A stretch of 64,000 bases of DNA from Psilocybe cubensis (taxonomy: Eukaryota), in contig CM039001.1 in NCBI GenBank assembly GCA_017499595.2, forward strand, positions 806,001-870,000, given 5' to 3'. The position numbers and the translations under genes were made by a program. The notes beneath the pieces were generated by a model, which was not told the origin of the DNA, did no database searches, and saw only the letters and a program-made list of their open reading frames with translations. Shown here one piece after another: positions 39,425 through 52,655 of this stretch (positions are counted from its first letter, which is position 1; every line of letters begins with the position of its first letter).

Positions 39425-41913
39425 ATGTCGTCTTTCAAAGCCCTCGACGCACAGGATATATCAGATATTCGTAACACAGCCAAACAATGTCTGGAAAGGG
39501 GTCTAATAGTCGCTTCTAAGTGGTGCGTTCGCCGCTGAATGCTGAGATCGAACACTCGCTGCAACCCTCAATCCTACAATGCTAGGCTATCTGACCTCTT
39601 GCTTTCCACTACGCCAGAAAAGAGGAAGGAAAAAATTATACCCGCTGCTATCATTCCTTCAATGTCCACTCCAGCAAGGTCTCAATCACCCCAGATATCG
39701 CTGCAAACTCAATCACTTGTACCGACTCAACCGCTCACTCAGACTTCCCTTGTAATGCCTCTCTTCTGAATGCACTCCGCTTTTTGAATCTCATGTATAT
39801 ACTTATTTTGTGTAGGACGATGTTGACTCCGTTGAACTTGAGTTTGAGAGACAAGAAGAGGACTGTCTTGTTGCCGCGCGGTCATGCTTCGAGGGCCGAC
39901 AATTCCAACGCGTTACTCATCATTTAAACGATTGCAAAAGTTCTAAAGCAAATTTTCTGAAGTTATATTCTCGGTTTATTGTAAATCTGTTGATCTATAT
40001 TTTTCAAGTTTTATTCTCAAACTCAACTTTATCAAGGCGACAGAGAAAAGTGCATTGGGGGACTGGCACAAGTTGGACAGTACGCTTATTTTTATGTACC
40101 ATTTTGCATTAAATTAATAAAAGCTACGCAGGTGATCGGAAGCAACCTCCTACACCCATAAATTTGTACTTGGGAGAGCTCTACGACCTTGTTAAAGATT
40201 CTAATGACCCATGGCTTCTCTTTCTGTGCGCACATCTGTTTTCGAAACTTTCATTGCGCTAAGGGTGATCACATTTAGGAAAGCATTGTTTCTATCTCGC
40301 TTGTCTAGGCGAGAGGAAGCTATAGAAAGTGCCTTGCTCTCCATCGCAGGATGTAAATGGAATTGGTCAACATGGACATTACTAGGCACTTGTGTCGGGG
40401 ACAGTCAAGAGGTATTTACAATTAAAGCCTCAATGAATCCTGCTCGGTAATGTCAACCACTTTCACAGCTATCTTCTCTGTTACCTTTAATCCCATTGCC
40501 GCCCGATCACCCTCTTGTTCAAATGTTCCAAATCAAAGTATTGAATGAGCTTCATAGTCCTGCCGATAATGAATTGCAGCTTTGTGAACGATTATTATCC
40601 TTGGACTTCTTTCCAAATAGTGTCTGGGTAATGGGATTGCGAGCATGTGTACTCTATCATATGCACGGTGAGTTAGTAATCGACGTGTTTAGTGGGTCTA
40701 CTATTAATCCATTATTTTGCTAGATTTTGCTCAATCTATTGCCCAGTTCGAACATATACTTGCGATCGACCCCCACCGCATTGACAACATCGACATATAC
40801 TCAAATATGCTGTATGTGACAGGAGATATTCTAAAGCTTTCAAAGCTGGCACACGATTTTTTGGCCTTAGATAAAGACCGACCAGAAGTTTGTTGTTTGA
40901 TCGGTGCGTTCACAATATATTGGATGAAGTTTAGTTTGGAAAATATAATGTAACCTCAGGAAACCATTACTCGTTACGTGGCGAGCGTGAAAAGGCTATC
41001 AAGTACTTCAAGAGAGCTACGCAGCTCGATCGCACTTACCTTTCCGCCTGGACCTTGATGGGCCATGAGTATGTTGAACTGAAGAAATCTCATGCTGCTA
41101 TTGAAGCCTATCGTCGCGCTATAGGTAAGATCGTTTTTTCGACTACTTTTCTGTCGCATCAAATGAAGCCTCTTGCAGATGTCAATCGAAAGGATTACCG
41201 AGCTTGGTACGGCCTTGGACAAGCATACGAACTTCTCGACTTACAACTTTATTCCATTCATTATTATAAACGGGCGACAGCTTTGCGGTCAGCTTTTATA
41301 TCTATTACAGAAATTTCAACTAAATGCTCTATAATAGTCCCTACGATGTGCGGTTATGGCAGGCGCAAGGAATGTGTTATGAGGAAATAGGAAGGTTCGT
41401 ACGGGTTCAATCAAAATAAAATCATAGAAATCTCACAAATGTACAGACTTCAAGAAGCAGCGGATTGTTATAAGCACGCCTTGATACCTGCTGACCCTCA
41501 AGAAATAACGATTAACCTCAAACTGGCAAAAATATATCGTGCTCTGGAAGAACACTCTGTAGCAGTGGCTTATCACCGCCGTGTAGTTGAAGTCTGTCAA
41601 GCCAATTGTAAGTGATATCAGCAGCCCTTTTCCTGTTAAACTCAAGTCTTCGTGTCCTCGTATAGTGCGCCGGATTCAAGATTTTTCGAGATCTTGCATA
41701 GAGGTTGCCGAATACGAAATGCACCTCCCAAACGGCGACTTGAGCCTTGCGAAAGATTACCTTGAGATGGTGGCAATGAGTAATTCTGAAGATGTGAAGC
41801 TAGCAACTGATTTACTCAAACAAGTAAAAATCATGATTGAGAAGAAATATAACGCCCGGCTGTCATATAGTGATGACCAGGGGACGCTGACAATCAACCC
41901 AGCTATGCTATGA
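39425..41913 (+). CDS. CDC23: Anaphase-promoting complex subunit 8 (TPR protein)
   Basis: [96 protein letters not shown]. Confidence 0.95.
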
Positions 41914-42052
41914 TTGCACTATTGATATTATAGCAATGAAATTATACCCACATCCATAACAGACTGTGCCTGTCTTCTTTGTATTTCGTTCCTAGGTTGC
42001 AACTTGAACACATACCATTTTGTGTTGTATCTCGCAATGCTTAGGTGGGTAT

Positions 42053-42330
42053 CACTTCATGTCGGCCAGAGGGATTGAGGAATTGATGTGGTCAAATATT
42101 TTCCCTTGTCTAAATGCTTGATCCAGGGACAAAGTATTCGCTCCTTCCCAGCGAAAATACCTTCTGTATACCTCCATCAGGCCTTCATACTCCTAAACGG
42201 CTGAACAATTGCGAAAACCATAATCATCGAATACTTGACGGCGTTTCGTGTTACAATTTACCGATTTTCTAAGCCACCAGACCGAAGGCATCCTGTTTGG
42301 TGAAGCAGTAATAATCTCGCAGACTAAGCT
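42053..42330 (-). pseudogene. Fragment of the MYND-array C-terminal domain (copy 4 relic)
   Basis: EIITASPNRMPSVWWLRK..FDDYGFRNCSAV*EYEGLMEVYRRYFRWEGANTLSLDQAFRQGKIFDHINSSIPL matches copies 1-3 and contains an internal stop. Confidence 0.8.
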
Positions 42331-42697
42331 TTCAAAACGCAACATGTCCGCTTCCGGCCTGCAGCAGGTATGGCGCATTCTGGGCGGCAGCCTCGGGATA
42401 CCAACAAGCATATACCATCTCCCGCCAGTTGGTAAAAGTAGTTCACCTCGGCAGTTCTTTGAAAGAAGAGTACTTTTGGGCCAGAAACCTCGCTGAAAAT
42501 CACTGCTGAGCATGTCCTTTACAATGGCCTTCAACAACCGTTCGAACCTCCAGCATTTGAATCATTTTTGCTGACGCTTTGAAAAAGTAGCCACACCAAA
42601 ATAAGATAAAAATTTGAATGGATTGCAGATAATGTGAAATAGATGAATTCCAGTTGGTGCGTATGCTAGATAGGGTCAATACGCAAGCAATCTGGTG

Positions 42698-43481
42698 CTA
42701 ACTCGAATTTCTTCGTCCGTAGACTTCCACACAACGGTCCTCAAAAGCCTGGATCATCATCTTCGACACTTGTCCAAAAAATGTCGCGGATACACCAGCA
42801 TGGAGAGGATTTGCAAATTCGTAGGTCAGGTCGAAAGTGACGAGGGTTGGGCTTGAAGAGTTATCTCTCTCTATACTGGTGCTTTCCGCAGACGCTGAAC
42901 TTGACTGAGATACGCTGCAGAGCTTGGAAGTTGGGTTTTGGAACCGCCAGGTTGTCAAAAGCGATTTGAACAGCGGCGTTGACGAAGATGCGCGAGCCTA
43001 CGAATTGTGTATCGTCGTCTGCAATATTTGACAGCAGCAACATAAAATATATTCGCATACCTGCACCGACTCAAAAGGAACGCATGTAACTTCGCTGACA
43101 TAGCTCTCCTTAAAATTCAAAAATCCAACAGCAAGTTCCGCGTCAACGACCGTCCTTCCTTTCATTGCCCGCTCGAGTGCCGACCGATCAATGCGTGAGC
43201 TCACGCAGAAGGGTATGAATTGTGGATATGATGCTACGTCAGCTACGACAGCGTATAGCTCCTTCGCATTGTATCTTCACAACCGGAGACGTTGACAGTT
43301 TTAGTCGTTTCGCATATTCCAAGAAAGATATACAAAACACATACGGGAATATTTTCTGTTCATTGTAATTCTGCGGTTTAGACTCTAGACCACCGAAAGG
43401 AAAGGAAGGGAGACTGAATAAGGTGCGGCGCAGAGACGGGATTCGTAACAGTGGTCGCAGCGGTGCGGGCGAAAGTAACAT
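42698..43481 (-). CDS. COQ10: Coenzyme Q-binding START-domain protein Coq10
   Basis: Mitochondrial-type presequence; LYAVVADVASYPQFIPFC, AELAVGFLNFKESYVSEVTCVP, LTYEFANPLHA..MIQAFEDRC. Confidence 0.9.
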
Positions 43482-44166
43482 GATCGAGACAAAGTTGGAT
43501 GTTGTGGAATGGCACACGTGCCTAACGCAACCTGGCAACTTTTGCTCTGGTAGTACTCAAGTAGTACTTCGGTGAACATTGCCACTCTTTTTTTCTTGTT
43601 CACAACGTTTATATGACCATATACAACCATAAATCCCAGATTCTCAGTGCCCGTTGGTTTGGGAGAATAAGATCTACAAACCACATGAGACCATCACTTA
43701 TTGGAATGAACTTCAATTATACGACTATATTGTTACACTAATCAGGAGACGTCGGAACAGTTAGATTGGCTTCTAATTGTTGCTTCACTTCTTCATTATT
43801 ACCCAAGACCGTTGGAATTCTATACCTCAAAAATCCTTTGGTGGTATATTTCAAGATTGTAAGGGGGTGTTGGAAGATAATTTTGGTTGTCATACTCTCC
43901 TGACTCCATATCATATGCCTTGGAGCTTCCAAGCTTGGGGGACACGTTACCCATCATGCAACTTGCGTGGTATTGCCATCAGGCTAATTAATATTCTGAA
44001 TGATAAAGCCTCTACGTTAGTATGCATGTTACACCTAGACTTGAACGAAATCCAATAGATTCGCGAAGGATCGGCCATACGTACGAGGGCAAAGTAACCT
44101 ATTGCATAGTGATGACGCTGGATAGCATCAACGCCAGAACATACGACCAGAAAGTAGCCAGATATA

Positions 44167-45826
44167 TTAGAACGTGATTTTTTGACCTTGGTTGGGAACG
44201 ATAGCTGCAGATTCACGTTTTGCAAGCGCCAGTGCCGCTCCCGGTTTAGGACGGGATTTGGGTCCTTTGTGCCTGACCCCTTCAGAACCTGCCAGTTTTT
44301 CTTTATGGCTAACCCATTGTTGTTTTGGAGTAGAATCTGTTTGTGCATTTTCTGTTGTAGAAGACTTGGGAGCACCATTCCAGTCGGATGCGGGTTCAGC
44401 TGAATCGTCAGCATCCCGCTGGGGCCGTTCTTTTCGAGACGAGCGTTTGCCTGGGCTGAGAGCGTTATCCACCTGTTTATTTTTGGGGGCGCCTCGACGA
44501 ACAGCATCTGCACCTGCATATTCGACCTTTAAATTTCTTCCATTCAAGTGGTGATTTTTTGGGTTGATGAGCGCTGAGGTAGCGTCGTCAACAGTCATGA
44601 AATCGACAAACGCAAAGCTACAGCAAAATTCGATCACTCGTAGATGGCATGAGCAATATATCCTTACCCTTTACAAGCGCCAGAGTCTTCGAAAGTGCCC
44701 ATCCTTACTTTGCGTATCCACGCATCCTTAGGTTTTTTATCCTCTCCTTTTGCATCGGGGGTATCTTTAGATGCCTTTTTATGACCTGGCCGGTGCGCTT
44801 CAAAGAGTTCACGAATGGAATCTTCGGTGGTATCGAACCCCAAGTTTCCAAGGAACAAAGTAGGGGCGGGGGGCTGCTTTTGTGCTCTAAGAATCTTTTG
44901 CGCAGTTTTGGAGTGTGTTTTGTGTGCGACTACAGGGTCTGAAATGACGTTCTCTGCCCCTATGGCGGCTGGTCGACCTTTAAAGTCATCTCCTGTATAC
45001 AACAATTAGTTACAACAAGGTCTGATACGCCATATCATGGACAGACCATCTTTGATCAGAAGTTTCCGACCAAGGAGAGGGTTTTCTGAGAGGGCAATAG
45101 CGGTAATCTTTGCATCAGGTGTTGCAAAGTCTACATAGGCAAATCTGTAGAATAGAAGTCAGATACAAAAATTCAATGATCGACTGAAATAACCCACCCG
45201 CGGTTTTCAGGTTTCTGTCCAGGACCGTTTGCGACAGCCTTTGTGGGCATATTAATTCGAGTTATCTCCCCAACTCCATCAAAAAATGCCCTAAGGTTCT
45301 CCTGGGTAGTTTTGAACGATAGATTACCAACCCAAACAGAATTTTGCCGTTTCGTAGGAGCAGAGTTATCGACCACTTTGGCACTACCATCCTTAAGTTT
45401 GCGTTTCTTCAACGCCTTCCCTTCCTCTGCCAATTTCGCGGCAAGTTTTTCCTCCTTCTTTTTTCTTCTGCGTTCTGCATGAGAGAGTACAGGTTCTTCT
45501 GAATCCTGAATATCTTCAGCGTCTGACTTGACTGCATTTTTCTCTGAGTCCGGACCGCCTAGACCTTGAGAACTATCTTCTTCGTCGTCTGATGGCGCGC
45601 TGTTTTTGTTGTGTGCGATTTTCTTCACTTCTGAGGAGGGTGCGCTGTCGTTTTCTTCCACTATTTTGTCTTCGACTGGGGCAATGGCCTTTCTTTTGCG
45701 TTTCGTTTTCTGGACTTTGGAAGCAGGGATATCCTCGGCGGGGACAGTCTCTTTCCGTTTCCTCTTTTTCTCCTTGATTTCTGGAGCAGGACTGCTACTT
45801 TTGGAAGATGATGAGGGAGAGCTCAT
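44167..45826 (-). CDS. Nucleolar double-RRM protein (Nop13/Rnp24-like)
   Basis: Lys/Glu-rich N-terminus; VWVGNLSFKTT, FAYVDFAT, LFLGNLGFDTT, IRKVRMGTFEDSGACKGFAFVDF, RPKPGAALALAKR. Confidence 0.85.
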
Positions 45827-46137
45827 TGAGGATATTCGACAACGATGGGCTTGTGCCTGCTTGTGCTCATTGTTAAAAAACCAAAATCTATTTCCCCGAC
45901 CACATGGGGTCACATGATGCGTAGAATGGGTGTTTTAATCGCGCGAACAGGCGACATCACACAGATACTCAAGGAACCAGTAACTATTTCCAATTATTTC
46001 TCAACTATAACCTAGTGCCCGTTCTTCGACTATATGGAGTCGATACACATCTGAATCTCTCCGGAACACCTGTAATGTAACTTTTAATCTTAATGTAAAG
46101 TAAAACATATCCCTTCTCAGCAATCTTTCACAGGGCC

Positions 46138-48852
46138 ATGCAAGACGAAATCACAGAAATATCCAACAAGAAAACTCGCGACGAAGATGATAACTCGGAC
46201 TCGGGCGGTTCTTTGTTCTCGCGTTCCCCATCTCCAGTGACCGAAGACGGAAAGGAAAGATGGAGAATGTCCGATCCACCACAGGAGATATTTGATGATG
46301 GCGAATGGAAATTTCAAATCATCGGCGAAGAGGTTGACCACAACGGACAAGTTGTGTGAGTACGAAGTTCGCATCGAGCTGGGTTGACATTACTAACCTT
46401 CAGATCTACTATCAAAAATTAGTTATGAGGTGCGAAATCGAGCTGTTTCTTGTCGAGTAGCCACTAATTCTCTTCTGCTTCAAGGTTGAATGGGAGGATT
46501 GGTATCGCAAAGACGGCTCAAATACGACATGGGAAACGGCAGAAACAATTTCTGATGTCCAGTGGAAGCAAGCTCGTCAGAAGGCACGACACGAGATGGC
46601 TAGTAAGTCGCTGTCGATGAAAGTTATAACAACTACCGACATACACAACACTGAAACACATCTGCGAAATGACGCCTACAATGAGAAGATGAAAAAATAC
46701 TCGAAACAAAAGGAGCCCAACTTATTCGAACAAATGGAAAAGCTCATGGCCAAGCATGAAGCTTTGGATCGAATTGCTGCACAAGGGTCAGCAACAGTAG
46801 AAAGGAGCCAAGGTTTGTTTTCATTTCTTTATCGTTGAGAATGAACCAACGAGCTGGCACGCGATAGCAGACTGAAAATTCTATAGCAGGATCGTCTAAG
46901 GTCTCACGAAGTTCCTCCAGGCTATCCTCCAAATCATCTGCTACTCTACTCCCTGGACACGCCGAATCATTCGCTAAATCCCGCCATCCATCCGTTCCTT
47001 CGATATCTCACTCATACGCATCCTCAAAGCCATCATCATCAATGACCATTCTGAGTAGCGCCTCTCCACTATCACCTCCACTACCTTCAAAGTCAATCCC
47101 CAGTTTGAAAGGAAAAGAAAAAGCGGTTATTTGCCATTTTTCTAGTCCTGAATGTCCTTCCTCTCGTGAATCGTTACCTCTAGACAATCACCAACCGTCG
47201 TCAACATTTTCCTCTTCATCCGGTGAACCAACGGCTTACAAGCGGTCAAAACAGTCATCTCCCCAACATTCTGATTCGGAGAGCTCCCAACTCCTTTTTT
47301 CGTCATCGAACAGAGGCCGGAAGCGCTCAAGGCACCTCATTATGTCCGGATCAGAAGTAGAGGATGCAGACATCCGAGAAATATCCCCCTTTATACCACC
47401 AAAAGTTGCTCCACATAAAAAGAACTCTGCTGCATCTTCAAGCAGCATGGATGATTCACTCCATCGGTAGGCAATATCTTATCTCAGCGGTCTTGAATTC
47501 TGAATGTGTAACTCTGCAGGCGTCTTGAATTAGAGAAAGCATGGAACATTGAAGCACAAAGGATGGGCGCTGCGCCTATCTATTTTGTTAACGATATCGA
47601 TGATGAGCCGATTCCAAGTGTAGACCCCCACTTCCGTTATATTGAAAAATCGTACGAATTGTATGTTTTTTGCCTGAATACATTGACTTTCTTGTTGAAC
47701 TGTGCTTTTCAAGTGCTCCCGGGATTGAAAAACCGTCGGATGAATTTCTTCTTCGATGTTCATGTAAGAAATGCACCAAAGCAATATACTGCGATTGTCA
47801 GCACCCCTCTTTTATGTTGGATGAGAAAAATGTACCATTTTTTGCCTATGATAAATATGTATGTCAAGTTAATTTTCATTATCTCCTGAAGCTGACAATC
47901 GTGCGGTAGGGCCTTTTCGCTTTCAATATCAACAAAGGTATCGAGGTAATAGAGTGCAATAAGGTAGGATATATTATAGCCATACATCGACATTATTAAA
48001 CATCTTGTGTCCAGCTTTGCAAATGTGCAAAAAGCCCTGGCCAGTGCCCAAATCGTGTATCTCAAATTCCCCGCAAGCATCCTATTGAAATATTCAAGAC
48101 TCCGACGCGCGGATGGGGTGTCAGATCTACCGAGGCGATCAAAAAAGGACAGGTTTTGGGAATTTATACTGGGTAACACTTCCTCCTCTTTTAATCACAG
48201 ATATGTTCTAATGTTGCCTAATCTTGTAGACTTGTCATGTAAATTTAACCAAATCTTTCATATGTGTTACATGGACCTGACGGATCTTTATTTTTTAGAA
48301 CGCGAGAAGCAGCTAATGCCTTGCCCGGACCCTTAGCCAAATACCGTTTTGATCTCGACGGCGATGAGCTAGCAAATGAGGAGGAAGAAAATCCATCAAC
48401 TCTTGGACTGTATTCAGTAGACTCTAGATTGCACGGTACGCATTTTTCTCATAATGCAAAATGTTATTGTTAATCTCGCTTAATTCCAACAGGAAACTGG
48501 ACCCGCTTCATCAAGTATGTATTATTTAGCAATGGACTCCAGGATATTATTTTCATCGTAGATCACCTGTCTATAGCCATTCTTGCTCCCCCAACCTACA
48601 AATATACCTCGTCGTGCATGATACTCCTCCTGGTGTTTGTGTTTTTCGCCGCTTTTGCATTTCCCGGAATACACTGATAGCATGTCGTTTCAGATTGGAC
48701 TTCCATATATCGCTTTTGTCGCCAATCAGAATATACCCATAAGAAAGGAACTCACCTTCGACTATAACCCAGGACAATCGTCGACATTAGAAGAGGGTGC
48801 TGATCCATGCCATTGTGGATCTAACGAATGTCGCGGGTTTCTTTTCTTTTAG
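46138..48852 (+). CDS. Histone H3K9 methyltransferase, Clr4/DIM-5/SUV39 type (chromo-like, pre-SET, SET, post-SET)
   Basis: IIGEEVD..YEVEWEDW..NTTWE; Cys-rich pre-SET; GWGVRS; GNWTRFINHSCSPNL; ELTFDYNP; CHCGSNECRG. Confidence 0.88.
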
Positions 48853-49266
48853 TTTTTCTTTATGCAGGAATGTTTTCTCGTTGTCTATCAAGTTATCGAG
48901 TTTGGATAAAGGTGTAAACCATGACAATATGTTTATTTCAATGTTTTGTTATTTTAGTGAATGTATACCTTTTCACTGCGTGCTCCAGAATTGCTGTAAA
49001 CTTATGGGAATCCAATCCCCATATGCGAACTTGATGATCGAAAAACTAAACTAAATTATTGAATACATCTACTATACATACCGCCATTATAATTAGGGAA
49101 TAAGAAAAGAAGCAATCGCAACAAAAACGAGTGTGAATAGGTATCAAACTTGTTCCCTCCTTAGTCTGCTAAATGAACGACTCCTAGAAAACAGATACTG
49201 GCATAGATACATAGCAGAAACAAACATGAAGTACAACAATGAGGATCCGGCATCCCACAACCAGCA

Positions 49267-51959
49267 CTAACGTCTACGTGCTACTGCCCGCTTGTGGTCA
49301 TCCGTCAGGACCTTCGCAGGTCCTCTCCTGGCCATTGCGTACAAGAACACAAAAACTACGATAGCAAATTGCAACCATAGCCAGACCTGGAGTAAGATGC
49401 CCGAGTTGCGCTTTTCTTCCTCTTTCTTCTCCGGTGAGGTGCCTGCATGAAGGAGCACGGACCTCTCCCTAATATGTCCAGGGCGACGGCGACGCAGTGG
49501 AGTGATGGCAGTAAATGGGGCAACATCATCATCGTCGGCGTCGGTGTCGTTGTTTCCAGTTGAAGTTACGGAAAAAGAATTAAACCCATCTATCATTGAG
49601 TCTACGGCATGCGACAATCGGCTTGGGATCCCAATTGTGAGATCCAAAGGAGACGGTGGCCTCGACGTAGACAAAGTCTTCTGATCATCCTCTTCCTCAT
49701 CCTCATTTTCGATGTCACCTTCATTCGCGTCGTCTTCGTACTGGCGTTGGATTACAAACCGCCGATCGACCCAACGGTTAGTACGCGAACGCAATGTGTC
49801 TGACATCATTTGCATACGCGGCGACCGCGTGTCGTTGAGCGAGTAAACTCCTCGTACACTGGCATTGTTACCAACAGAATCAAATCTATTCGGCGTAGGA
49901 GGCTCCACTGACAGCCTCAAGGAGTTCGCGGATGCTAGCAAAGGTGGTGTTCGTGGGGTTGTCCCATCCCTGATACTAAGACCACTATCGTCATAAAAAG
50001 GCCTTAACCCACTTGCGTTGTCATTCGCTAATTTGTGTGAGAGAGAAAGTGTTGACGTCCGTGAAAGAGGAGAGGGAGTGGGTGGAGCAGATATCTGACT
50101 CAAGTCGTACAAGCTCAATGTACGCATATGGAGGAGGTGGTTATTGGGGGGACCATGCAGCTCCCAGGCCGTGTTACCGAGTTCTTTGTCCAGCTCGTGC
50201 TGTAGGGTATGGCGCGAATTTACCGGAGACAACTCAGGAGGTGCATTCGCCGCGGGTGAAAAGAAGTGAAGAGGAGAAAGTACACCAGGTGCCAGAGGGG
50301 ATGCAAGTCCTGCTGCTGCTGATGCAGTTGTAATGGACGGCAATGTCGAATGACCCTGCTCATCCATCCATGATGCTGATGACTGGTCTTGATTGTGCAT
50401 AGGATTATCCTTATGGAGCGAAGAAGAGCTATCTCCATGGGAAAAGTCCTCAGATATAGGAACTTCGGGTTCGTCGAACAAACCCATAACGCTTGCTCGT
50501 TTCTTGCCCGTCGACACGCCTAACTGAGGGCGGACAATACAAGTCCCTTCCAAGTATTCTTCGCTCTCTATGGTTCTTCTCAGACTTGAGAATTTCAAGG
50601 GTTTCTCTTCCTCATCGTCTGCATTCGATTCCTCCTGTTCGTGACACTCGTCGATGTCATGGTCGAGCTCCAGTTCTGTGGAGTTTGGATCTGCAAGTGT
50701 TTCGTAGACCTTTGTAATATGCGCAGTGTCACGTTGAACGGCCGACAACTGTTCGGCGGTATCTGACTGTTGCTGCAAAATCCGTGCATTTGTCTCCTCC
50801 AATTCCTGCACCTTGATCAGTAATTGTGAAATTAACGCGTGTTCCGGTTGGGCGAGAGAAGGTGGGATGGCAGTCGAGTTGTCATCAGATCCAGAAGAAG
50901 CTTTCAGTTGTCGATTAGGATTAGGACTGGAAGAAGTTGGAAAGAATGAGAAGCCATCCGACGGACCACCGTGCCTGGAACCCTCTGGAGCAAAATTTCT
51001 TATAGGCTCTTCGCCATCAAAGGAGTCATCGCGCCCAAGGTTCCGCATCGCCCTGAACTTTGCCTCTCTCTCCTTTTTCCGTCTCCAGGCTTCGCCCACA
51101 ACTGCCCCTTGGACCTTCTCCTCTAGCTCTTCGCTCTTTGCTTGGGTTTTCTCCAGAGCTTCTCGGAGGAACGTAATCTCCTTCTCCAACCTCTTCAACT
51201 CCCGTCGTCCAGCCAGGTCAGCAGAGACAGATTCGGCTTCCAGCTTCTCAAGTTTGTCCAACAATTTCGCGTTTTGGTCTTCTAGCAGAGATATGTCAGC
51301 GGATGCAATAGACACTCGGCGCGTGTGCCTGTAGAAAGATCGTTTCGGCGACTTGATGAGAGCTGCTTCCGAGGTAGACGAAACCATGCTAGTGTTGCTA
51401 TTGCACAGTGTCATCTTGGACAGACTTTCAGGTGATGAGTTTGACCGCGTAGGTGAAACAGGTATACGAGCGAGCATAGCCTGATGCTTCGACTTTAATT
51501 CCACATTACTCTGATAAAGACCTTTACAAACAGCACTGGTAATCCCAAGTTCTGCAAACGGAAAATATCAACATGGGTTGACAAACGCAGTCAGGCCCAC
51601 TAAATCAAATTATCATTACAATTCCGGCATCACGCACCATTCTCCCTCTGTTTGATAATTGCGTCTGCTTTGACCAAGAGCTCCTGAAGCTCCTCGCGCG
51701 ACTTCTCGTTCATCCAGTCCTCACTTTCAGGTGGGGGTGAGGGCAACTGCTGATCATCAGGGTCCGCATCCCACCCGACCAGCTGAAACGTGCTCGTCAT
51801 AGGTGACCCTAAAATGTCCCTTCTCTTCCTCTCATGGCCATTGAGCAAGAAAGGAGTTCCGTACGCTGGCGGAGGTGTAGCGGAGGCCTTGAGCAATGCA
51901 GACGCTCTTCTGGCTTTGGCTGGCGGAAGTGGACGAGGTGTTTCAGAGTTAGCTAGCAT
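49267..51959 (-). CDS. Uncharacterised coiled-coil protein with C-terminal transmembrane anchor
   Basis: Two exons (intron 51552-51637); several heptad regions; hydrophobic ILLQVWLWLQFAIVVFVFLYAMA followed by a short basic tail. Confidence 0.85.
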
Positions 51960-52655
51960 CTTGTGTGGTTACAATAGATTAAGTCAAACAGGTAAAGTTA
52001 ATTGGGTTTTCTGTCAGTGAGAGGGATATTTTGAGTGGAGTTTCTGGTGGGAGGTTGAATTCGGTAGACGTGGGCCTAAATGGTGTCGTGGAGGCCGGAC
52101 CAATTATAAACGCGTCCAGCACAATCTCCAAGGAAGTTCCAGGATCAAATAAATTGCAGAAATGAACGCGTCAAGCTGTCTGCCAGAACAGCATCTAACG
52201 GACAGTACAGAAATGTCCGAGGGAGGGAAGGGGAGAGTCAAGGAACGTGTTAAACAGCAAACCTGGCCCGGTGAACTCTCCCCACATCTCGCTTAGATGA
52301 TGACACGTGAACGTTTTGGCACTTGAACCATGACGGCCAAGAATGTCGCACAACACAATACAAATTCAATCCAGATTTCACTCTAAGAGAGAAAGCTTGT
52401 AGTTAATACAAGTCCATTACAGGGTATGTAGTTGTGAAGGAGGTAGCTTAGCATGTCATGTAAAATAAAAGATGGTGGTCGATAATATTGCGGGATGGAA
52501 TTCAGAAATGCGATTGCGGGAAACAGGGGCAACAAGAGCGACGACAAAAACAAAAATTGTGAAAAATAATACATATCTGGCATTGAATAATTTCGAAAAA
52601 AAGATGGCGGAATGCCTTGACTACTAATAACCATGAACATCCAACGACGGGCAAC

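Noticed and set aside
43738-44058. Short ORFs between COQ10 and the Nop13-like gene
   Set aside because: No recognisable homology; within the size range expected by chance.
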